In this document: positions 38,553 to 45,878 of the stretch, piece by piece
How positions within the stretch are numbered: the first letter of the stretch is position 1
Layout of the letters: the number at the start of each line of letters is the position of its first letter
Origin: a virus
Lineage: Duplodnaviria > Caudoviricetes
IMG/VR virus record: IMGVR_UViG_3300032243_001902
Coordinates: 1 to 47,340 of that record
DNA: 47,340 nt
Direction: 5' to 3' (one strand)
Translations under genes and position numbers: made by a program
The notes under the pieces: generated by a model
Told to the model about the DNA's origin: nothing
Database searches by the model: none
What the model saw: the letters and a program-made list of their open reading frames with translations, nothing else

Positions 38553-39176
38553 TTAATTTTTTTGATCAAATTTTGATAAAATGTTTTCTAACGAGTTATG
38601 AAGCGAATTATATGTACAAATAATTGCTTTGTTTATTCCAGCGGAAATAGCAGCATCTATACCAATAAGAGAATCATCAAAAACGACAACTTCTTTTGGA
38701 GATACATTCAATTCATTTAAACAATTTATGTAAACGTCGGGATGGGGTTTTTGTTTACAAGATTCTGAAGTAACGATTGAACTGAATAAATGATTTAAAG
38801 AATTTTTTTTTAAAAATTCAAATATCGTTTCTTTATTACAATCTGATGCTATTCCAAGTTTTGTTAAAGCATGCAACTTTGTTATATCTTCAAAAACATG
38901 AGGAGCTAACTTTAGATTTTTTATTTTTTGAAGAGTTAAATCTTGCTTTTTAAGTTGAATTCTGTTTATGTCATTTGTGGTTATCAATCCACGTTCTGCT
39001 AACATTTGCAATTTAATTTTGGTTTTTAAATTAAAATGCTTGTTATAGATTTTTTGCATATCTGGATTCCAACCATATCCATGATATGTTAATGATTCTT
39101 TTAAGCATTCTTTATGTAATGATTGAGAATCGCAAAGGATTCCATCAAAATCGAATATTATTGCTTTAGGTAACAT
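38553..39176 (-). CDS. HAD-superfamily phosphatase (beta-PGM/CbbY-like)
   Basis: IIFDFDGILCDS (motif I), IASD, KPHPDVY, VFDDSLIGIDAA. Confidence 0.88.
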   Translation of the reverse strand: MLPKAIIFDFDGILCDSQSLHKECLKESLTYHGYGWNPDMQKIYNKHFNLKTKIKLQMLAERGLITTNDINRIQLKKQDLTLQKIKNLKLAPHVFEDITKLHALTKLGIASDCNKETIFEFLKKNSLNHLFSSIVTSESCKQKPHPDVYINCLNELNVSPKEVVVFDDSLIGIDAAISAGINKAIICTYNSLHNSLENILSKFDQKN

Positions 39177-39954
39177 CAGATTTACTCAAAATAAAATTTC
39201 CAAAATGAGTTACAGAAATACTAGCACATTTATTTGCAAAATAAATTGCTTGGTCTAGATCATTAGACTCAAGGTATTTGAATACCAATCCAGCTAAGAA
39301 CGTGTCACCTGCTCCGCAAACATCATAAAGCTTTGATTTGTTTGTAGGATAATGATTGTTTTTCCAAATGGCTCCGTTTTCTCCTAAAGTCACTATTAAT
39401 TCGTAATGATTGGGGAGAGATTTAACGTTTTCTTTCTCTTGCTTATTGATTTTTATAATACAATTAGAATAACAAGAAAGATCTTGTTTTTTACTATCAA
39501 CAAAAACAGGAATTTTATTGTCAATAACTTCAATTAAACTAACACAAGAAGAATAGGATAAAAATCCTTTATTGTAATCAGAAATTACAATAGCATCATA
39601 AATGTTTTTATTTAAAAAGCTTTTTATTTCTTCAATGTCTATTTCATCAATTTGATTTAGTTCTTCATCCATTCTTAATAAATGGACTAGTCTTTTTTCT
39701 TCAACATATCTATGCTTTTTTATTTGTTGTTTTTGCGTAATAACGTCAACATTCAATCCTAAACCTTCTAGATTTTTTGCAACGTTGAGACACATCCCAG
39801 GTTTAGATTCTGTTTTTTTTAATTTTAAAATTGGTACAGGAGCTTCTGGACTTAATCTTTCACAAGAACCATAATGGTAAAGATCTTCGCAACTATCACC
39901 TATTACTAGTACTCTTAGTGAGTTTTTCAATTGTTCTTGTGGTTGAGAGTCCAT
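39166..39954 (-). CDS. rfaE1: PfkB-family kinase, heptose-7-phosphate kinase (HldA/RfaE domain I)-like
   Basis: LVIGDSC.D...RLSPEAPVP, ISDYNKG, VDSK, KIN..E, DVCGAGDTFLA. Confidence 0.88.
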   Translation of the reverse strand: MDSQPQEQLKNSLRVLVIGDSCEDLYHYGSCERLSPEAPVPILKLKKTESKPGMCLNVAKNLEGLGLNVDVITQKQQIKKHRYVEEKRLVHLLRMDEELNQIDEIDIEEIKSFLNKNIYDAIVISDYNKGFLSYSSCVSLIEVIDNKIPVFVDSKKQDLSCYSNCIIKINKQEKENVKSLPNHYELIVTLGENGAIWKNNHYPTNKSKLYDVCGAGDTFLAGLVFKYLESNDLDQAIYFANKCASISVTHFGNFILSKSDVT

Positions 39955-40309
39955 CTATATACGGAAATACTACAACGTCTTTAGCATATTGTTTTCCGAT
40001 AATTTGGTCGACGGAATAGTCACCACCTTTTACTAAAATATCGGGTAATATTTTGGATATTAAAATTTCAGGTGTGTCTTCTTCAAAGATAATAACTTCA
40101 TCGACAAACTTTAAAGATTCCAATAAAAACTTTCTTGAATGCTGATCATTTATAGGTCTGCTTTCGCCTTTCAATCTTTTTATGCTTAGATCGCTGTTTA
40201 ATCCTACTATGACTTTCCCACCTGCTGCAAGCTTTTTGCATTCTTGTAATAAAGTAACATGACCTATATGAAGTATGTCGAAACATCCGTTAGTAAAGAC
40301 AACATTCAT
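39896..40309 (-). CDS. rfaE2: Heptose-1-phosphate nucleotidyltransferase (HldC/RfaE domain II)
   Basis: VFTNGCFDILHIGH, VGLNSD.SIKRLKGESRP, LVKGGDY, GLSTT. Confidence 0.92.
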   Translation of the reverse strand: MNVVFTNGCFDILHIGHVTLLQECKKLAAGGKVIVGLNSDLSIKRLKGESRPINDQHSRKFLLESLKFVDEVIIFEEDTPEILISKILPDILVKGGDYSVDQIIGKQYAKDVVVFPYIDGLSTTRTIEKLTKSTSNR

Positions 40310-40345
40310 TGTGATATCCGTTAGTAAAGAAAACGTTCATTGTGA
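40285..40345. repeat. 31-bp-period tandem duplication at the hldD/hldC junction
   Basis: ATCCGTTAGTAAAGACAACATTCATTGTGA (40285-40314) versus ATCCGTTAGTAAAGAAAACGTTCATTGTGA (40316-40345): 28/30 identical. Confidence 0.92.
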
Positions 40346-41236
40346 CAAAGCTTTCAAATAATTTACTGCTGCATTTTTGAATGAAGTAAACTCTTTTTGA
40401 TATCCAACATTTCTAAGAGAAGTTAAATCTGCGCAAGTATATGCTTGATATTTTCCTTTTAGTATTTCTGGAAATGGTATCGTTTTTATAGGAACATTTA
40501 GTATGTAGGAAGTTATTCTTGCAGCATCTTGAAAAGATGCTGTTAAACCAGTTCCACAATTAAAAATTCCAGATTTTTCAGGATTGTCATAAAAAAACAT
40601 ATTGACATTTATTACATCATTTATAAAAATGAAATCTCTTTTAAAATTTTCGCTTCCTTCAAAAACTTTAATTTCATTTGTGTTTTTTGCTTGGTGATAA
40701 AATTGATTTAATGGAGATGCCATTTTAGTTTTATGATCTTCACCAGGCCCAAAAACGTTAAAGTATCTTAATCCAACCACCTGGGTTGAATTATGTGACC
40801 CTCTAATAAAATTATCAAATTTTAATTTTGACAAACCATACACATTTAATGGATTTTCGCATGAGGCATTTTCGATGAACCCGTTTTCCCCTAACCCATA
40901 AACTGCTGCAGATGATGCGTATATTAGTCTTGAGCAATTTCGTTGACTTAACTCATATAACGATAAGCTTAAATCATAATTGACTTTCATCATTAATGAT
41001 TCATCTGAAACCGTTGTGTCAGTAATTGCTCCTTGATGAAATACCACATCAACGTCATTTATAGAAGATAGTTTATTAACATCAGTTATGATATCTGAAA
41101 ACTTGGTTCCATTTAAATTTGAATTTGTCTCAGACGTTGTATCAAATATGTAAACGTCAAAAACGCCTCTTTTGTTAAGTTCTTTTATTATGTTAGAACC
41201 TATGAACCCTAATCCCCCTGTAACAATAACTTTCAT
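40337..41236 (-). CDS. hldD: ADP-L-glycero-D-manno-heptose 6-epimerase
   Basis: GGLGFIGSN, FHQGAITDTT, YASSAAVYG, PLNVYGLSK, GLRYFNVFGPGEDHKTKMAS, KGKYQAYTCAD. Confidence 0.9.
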   Translation of the reverse strand: MKVIVTGGLGFIGSNIIKELNKRGVFDVYIFDTTSETNSNLNGTKFSDIITDVNKLSSINDVDVVFHQGAITDTTVSDESLMMKVNYDLSLSLYELSQRNCSRLIYASSAAVYGLGENGFIENASCENPLNVYGLSKLKFDNFIRGSHNSTQVVGLRYFNVFGPGEDHKTKMASPLNQFYHQAKNTNEIKVFEGSENFKRDFIFINDVINVNMFFYDNPEKSGIFNCGTGLTASFQDAARITSYILNVPIKTIPFPEILKGKYQAYTCADLTSLRNVGYQKEFTSFKNAAVNYLKALSQ

Positions 41237-42078
41237 TTTAGCAAGTCCTTAGCTGCATCAACAATTTCTAATGGATCATGATCTTTAACATTTTTGCTAC
41301 ATTTTTCACAAACAGTCTTCATTCCGCACGGACCGTGATCTTGACCAATCCATATGTTTTTATTTTCTGGATATCCAGTCATCTTTGGATGAATGAATCC
41401 CGTAAAAAGGATTACGCTTTTAATTCCAACTGCATTGGAAGCGTGCATTAAACCTCCTTCAGAAGAAACGAATAATTTTGATCTAGAAATAATTGAAGCA
41501 GCTTCTCTAAAGTTTGTTTTTCCTGTCAAATTTATTGTATTTGTCAGAACAAAATCTTTAGTTGCTTTACCAATTTGAATTACTGTTTCTCCTGACTTAA
41601 CTAACTCATCAACTACCGTTTGCCATTTTTGTAGTGAATATAGTTTATTAACGGTATACTCATCATTAGATTGAGGTTCAATTACAATAAAATTATTTTT
41701 TATTCCAAAAGATTTTAAAACATCATCTGCAAATTTTTTTTCTTCATCTTTCAAATAAATTTCGCATTTTAATTCAGGATTTTTTATCCCATAAAATTCG
41801 CATATTTGTTCTATGATATGTTTATCATATCTATGAATTGCTTTTTGAGGTGTGTCTTGCTTACAATAATTTGATGCAGGATGATTTAACTGCATTGGAA
41901 ATGCAGAAAAAGTTGCTTCAAAGTCTTGCTGAATATAAGGATTGTTGTCAAATATAGAGGTTTTTATAGTCCTTATTAACGACCCATGTTGTTCAAAGGG
42001 AAAAACTTTATTGACACCAGCTGCTTTACAAATTTCTCTTGCAACTGCAGTCCAAGTCAAATAACCACCAAGACCCAT
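41233..42078 (-). CDS. Glycosyltransferase family 9 (heptosyltransferase-like)
   Basis: MGLGGYL, IFDNNPYI, INLTGKTNFREAASII, FVSSEGGLMHASNAVG, C-terminal PCG...CEKC. Confidence 0.85.
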   Translation of the reverse strand: MGLGGYLTWTAVAREICKAAGVNKVFPFEQHGSLIRTIKTSIFDNNPYIQQDFEATFSAFPMQLNHPASNYCKQDTPQKAIHRYDKHIIEQICEFYGIKNPELKCEIYLKDEEKKFADDVLKSFGIKNNFIVIEPQSNDEYTVNKLYSLQKWQTVVDELVKSGETVIQIGKATKDFVLTNTINLTGKTNFREAASIISRSKLFVSSEGGLMHASNAVGIKSVILFTGFIHPKMTGYPENKNIWIGQDHGPCGMKTVCEKCSKNVKDHDPLEIVDAAKDLLK

Positions 42079-42423
42079 TTAATCACCTTTTTTTAACCTA
42101 TAACTGTCTTCATCAAAATGTTGCGTTGAAAATTCAAACATTACAGTATCTTCAACAGCCTCCATTTGATGGATTAACCCAGGATGTATTTCTTTTATAT
42201 CTCCTGGTCCTAATGTTTCGTGATATGAAATTGTATCTTCAATAAATGTGCAATTAAGTTTTCCTGATTGAACATAAAAAGTTTCATGTTTCAATTTATG
42301 ATAATGTAAACTGCACTTTTTTCCTGCTTTAAAAAAAAGTAATTTGCCACAATACTTTTCATCATTATGAATCCAAAGTTCGTAGCCCCATCCTTTTTCA
42401 ACTCTTTTTACCATGATTTTCAA
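42079..42423 (-). CDS. Cupin, mannose-6-phosphate-isomerase-like
   Basis: VEKGWGYE, CSLHYHKLKHETFYVQSG, IHPGLIHQM, EFST (H-H-E-H metal site). Confidence 0.85.
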   Translation of the reverse strand: MKIMVKRVEKGWGYELWIHNDEKYCGKLLFFKAGKKCSLHYHKLKHETFYVQSGKLNCTFIEDTISYHETLGPGDIKEIHPGLIHQMEAVEDTVMFEFSTQHFDEDSYRLKKGD

Positions 42424-43355
42424 CTTTCTAAAATTTGTTTAAAAAAATTAAAATAATTTGACATGCTATTTTTCATAGTAATATCAAAAGAATCAGATAG
42501 CTGAGATTTTTCAGGTAACTTTCCCGTTATTTGATTGAAATCAATAAAGGGAGGATTATCATAATCAGTTAATTCAAAATTATAATCAAGATTTTCTTTA
42601 AGAACAAGACCATAACCTTGAACTAACTCTTTTGTTCCACCATGCTCAGAACAAATAATAGGGGTTTTTTGTGATAAAGCTTCTACAACTGTGTTGGGAC
42701 AATGATCTAACCAAGCTAAATGTAACATCCAATTTGCAGCAGAAAATATTTCAAGACAAACTTCATGAGGTTGAGAACCTGCATAAAATATGTGAGGATC
42801 TGCAACTTTAGTTGCATTTGACCCTAATACGATTAATGCTGCAGAAGAATAAAATTTTCTTAAATGACGATATAATTCTATGTTAGCGATTAATCTTTTT
42901 TGAGGGTGCCAATTAGCTGAACAAACAAATAACATTTCATATTGTTGTCTAATTTGTTCCAGAGGCGCTATCTGAAATTTTGTAATTTCTGGGGCATTTA
43001 TGCCATTACGAATGACAGTACCTGCTTGCGGCATTCCCCACCATTTTGTGGTCATACCTTTATCAAACTCAGATTGCCAAATTACACCATTAGCATTTTT
43101 ATACAACGTTTTGATAGAAGAGTTTTTTGTTTCAAATTCTTGAGGAGAAAACCATATTCCATCAAGCCTTTGCACAACTTTTTTTGCTAATGGTCTTCCT
43201 GAAGGTTCTATAAACACTATAGAAATGTCAGCATTTTTACCATCATACAATTCAACTTCATGACCAGATTCTATGATTCCCATTGCTAAACGTTTAGCAA
43301 AAGAGTTTGGTCCTGAAGTTGAACCCATGTTGACATTGTCAAAGTGTATTTTCAT
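42420..43355 (-). CDS. Glycosyltransferase, GT4
   Basis: SGPNSF, VIRNG, HPQKRL, DHCPNTVVEALSQKTPIICSEHGGTKELV. Confidence 0.88.
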   Translation of the reverse strand: MKIHFDNVNMGSTSGPNSFAKRLAMGIIESGHEVELYDGKNADISIVFIEPSGRPLAKKVVQRLDGIWFSPQEFETKNSSIKTLYKNANGVIWQSEFDKGMTTKWWGMPQAGTVIRNGINAPEITKFQIAPLEQIRQQYEMLFVCSANWHPQKRLIANIELYRHLRKFYSSAALIVLGSNATKVADPHIFYAGSQPHEVCLEIFSAANWMLHLAWLDHCPNTVVEALSQKTPIICSEHGGTKELVQGYGLVLKENLDYNFELTDYDNPPFIDFNQITGKLPEKSQLSDSFDITMKNSMSNYFNFFKQILES

Positions 43356-43714
43356 GATCTTCGCTTAACTTCAGAAATGAAAGGAACGGCAAAAGGTGTA
43401 TGATTAAACATCATTGCCATCAGTGCGACTTCTTTTGTTTCTATATTTAAAAGATTAGCTCTTTGAGTAAAAATATTTGGATCTAGTTCCTGTCCACCGT
43501 TAATTGTTACAGCATCATAATACATTTGAGCAATAAAATTTACAGACTCATTAGTAAGAGGGATAGAAGCTTCTTTCACGATTTCAGAAAGAGAAAAGAA
43601 TATATCTTGGTATATTTCTGAACAAACTGTAGAATTTAAGTTCTCTCCTTTTCTTTTTGATAAACGTTCAACTAAAAGTTGGCTTATCGTTTCATGTAGT
43701 TTTTGAGTTTTCAT
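43352..43714 (-). CDS. Hypothetical protein (120 aa)
   Basis: Clean ORF coupled by an ATGA overlap to the downstream GT4; no family recognised. Confidence 0.6.
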   Translation of the reverse strand: MKTQKLHETISQLLVERLSKRKGENLNSTVCSEIYQDIFFSLSEIVKEASIPLTNESVNFIAQMYYDAVTINGGQELDPNIFTQRANLLNIETKEVALMAMMFNHTPFAVPFISEVKRRS

Positions 43715-43719
43715 ATTTT

Positions 43720-44421
43720 TTATTTTTTAAACTTAACATAAAATTGCTTACTTGGTTCAGATAACCAAGGACGTTTGTTTGTAACTCCAACTTCAATAAC
43801 TTCAAATTTTTTTGATATTTCTCTTTTAGCAAAAGAATCTTTAACAAACATTGTTATTGGAAAGTCATCGAATGATTGATGATTTGGTATAAAACAGCCT
43901 TGATCATTTAAATTGTTACGACCGAAAAAGATTATTCCACATCCATCATCAGCTAGTTTTTTATGAAGTAAATCTAAATAAAATTCTGCAATTTCCCATG
44001 ATTCAAAATGTTGAAACGTAATAAAGCTAAATGCAAATTTAATGCTTTTTTCAGGTATGTTTGACTCTGCATTTTCGCTTTTATGCAAAGTGAAATTATT
44101 TCTATTAAAGCTCTTTATTCTGTTTGAGACTCTATCAAAATTTTCATGAATGTCAATTCCATGAACGTGTCGAAATATAAAACTAGCTGGTAAAAGTAGC
44201 CTTCCGGCCCCAAATCCGATTTCGCAACAATCAACTTGGGATGGATTTCCTATAGATTTTAGTAAATCTGGTGTTAAAACTCTATACATCAAATCAGTAT
44301 ATCCAGAACTAATTGACTCATCTATATTTGATGTAGTGTCAAAAATTGATAAAAATTCAAGTTCTGATTTTGAAGAAGATATAGATTTAAATGCGTCGCT
44401 TATCTTATTAATATCACTCAT
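43720..44421 (-). CDS. Class I SAM-dependent methyltransferase
   Basis: EIGFGAGR (motif I), HGIDI, FSFITFQH, L..DG. Confidence 0.85.
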   Translation of the reverse strand: MSDINKISDAFKSISSSKSELEFLSIFDTTSNIDESISSGYTDLMYRVLTPDLLKSIGNPSQVDCCEIGFGAGRLLLPASFIFRHVHGIDIHENFDRVSNRIKSFNRNNFTLHKSENAESNIPEKSIKFAFSFITFQHFESWEIAEFYLDLLHKKLADDGCGIIFFGRNNLNDQGCFIPNHQSFDDFPITMFVKDSFAKREISKKFEVIEVGVTNKRPWLSEPSKQFYVKFKK

Positions 44422-45164
44422 TTGATATATCCTCTTTCACGTAAAAACAAAGCTTCATCTCTTTGAAATAGAGCATCATTTGTTTGATATGTTTCTGGAA
44501 CATCATCAATTGTGTAATGGTACATTACTCTTGGTAAAAAGAATCTTTTATGTGTGTTATGGAGTGCAGGAAGATATATTGCTTGATCACCTGCTCTACG
44601 AATATAGCTTCCGTCCGGACCTCTATAATTTTCATCCTTAACACTATTCAACAACTTTTTGCGAAATGTTTTTAGGTGGCTTGAAACCCATGGATGTTTA
44701 TAAGGATCAGATTCTTTAGACATGGGTCCGCTTATGTTTTTATCACTAAATCCCCATCTATGCGCAGTCCAAAGTAATTCGCATCCAGTCTGTTGATATC
44801 CGGCATCAATTATTGTCAATGCATCTGTGTCAGTTAACCAATCATCAGCATCTATTCTACAAATGATGTCTTCGTCTTCACACATCGAGATTCCATGAAG
44901 GACGTTTTCGACTTCCCACTTCTTCTCAAGGTTCCAGACGTTGACGATCTTATCTTCGTATTTGCCGTCCAAGATTCTCTTGAAATCATTGCAGATCCGC
45001 ATTGATGATTTTACATGATCTTCAGAAGAAACATCATCTATGAGGATCAACTTCCAGTTTTGGTAAGATTGACCACAGATAGAGTGTAACATCCGTGGAA
45101 GCGTTTCCGATGCATTGAACATCGGAGCAACAAAAACAAATCTGTTGTGTTCTACTATCGGCAT
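44418..45164 (-). CDS. Glycosyltransferase, GT2
   Basis: APMFNA..L..ML.SI..QSYQNWKLILIDDVS; CRIDADDWL (DxD); SHLKTFR; GDQA. Confidence 0.9.
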   Translation of the reverse strand: MPIVEHNRFVFVAPMFNASETLPRMLHSICGQSYQNWKLILIDDVSSEDHVKSSMRICNDFKRILDGKYEDKIVNVWNLEKKWEVENVLHGISMCEDEDIICRIDADDWLTDTDALTIIDAGYQQTGCELLWTAHRWGFSDKNISGPMSKESDPYKHPWVSSHLKTFRKKLLNSVKDENYRGPDGSYIRRAGDQAIYLPALHNTHKRFFLPRVMYHYTIDDVPETYQTNDALFQRDEALFLRERGYIK

Positions 45165-45877
45165 TTTGTTACCATCATCTGGTTCGCTAACCTATAAGAC
45201 TCATGAGTACCTGCATCTATCCATCCACACCCTACATCGTTAAAGGTACCTTTTCTATTTTTAACCATGAATGAGTTGATGTCACTAACTTCATACTCTC
45301 CTCGAGCTGATGGTTTTAGTGTATCAATAACATCAAATGCTTCATAGGTGTAGCAATACAATCCTACGATTGCTTCATCACATGTTGGATTTTTTGGTTT
45401 TTCTACAACGTCTACAATTTTTCCATTTTCATAGACTGGGATTCCGAACCTTTCCGGATCTGGAACTTTTTTGGTGAATAGTGCATAATCGTCGTTTGAT
45501 GATTGGAATTCTTTTATAGATCTTGAAACGTTAGTGTTGTTTTCAAAGATATTGTCTCCAAGAACAACAACAAACCTCTCTCCTCCAACAAACCCTTGGC
45601 AAAGCTTGATTGCTGAGGCAATTCCATTAGCGACTTCTTGGATGCAATAATAGATAGAGCAACCGTAACTCTCACCTGTTCCAAGAAGCGTTGCAAATTG
45701 ACTTATATGCTCTGGTCTTGTTATGAGACAAACGTCTTTTACTCCAGATGAAACCAACAACTCAATTGAATATTGAATCATTGGTTTTTTTCCGACAGGT
45801 AAGAGAGTCTTACTTGTGAACTTGGTTAGAGGTTGTAGTCGGCTGCTCACACCTCCTGTGAGAATGATTCCCTTCAT
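45155..45877 (-). CDS. rfbA: Glucose-1-phosphate thymidylyltransferase (RmlA/SpsI-like short form)
   Basis: KGIILTGGVSSRLQPLT...KTLLPV..KPMI, VLGDNIF, ERFG, VEKP, PSARGEYEVSD, WIDAGT. Confidence 0.85.
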   Translation of the reverse strand: MKGIILTGGVSSRLQPLTKFTSKTLLPVGKKPMIQYSIELLVSSGVKDVCLITRPEHISQFATLLGTGESYGCSIYYCIQEVANGIASAIKLCQGFVGGERFVVVLGDNIFENNTNVSRSIKEFQSSNDDYALFTKKVPDPERFGIPVYENGKIVDVVEKPKNPTCDEAIVGLYCYTYEAFDVIDTLKPSARGEYEVSDINSFMVKNRKGTFNDVGCGWIDAGTHESYRLANQMMVTKCR

Positions 45878-45878
45878 T

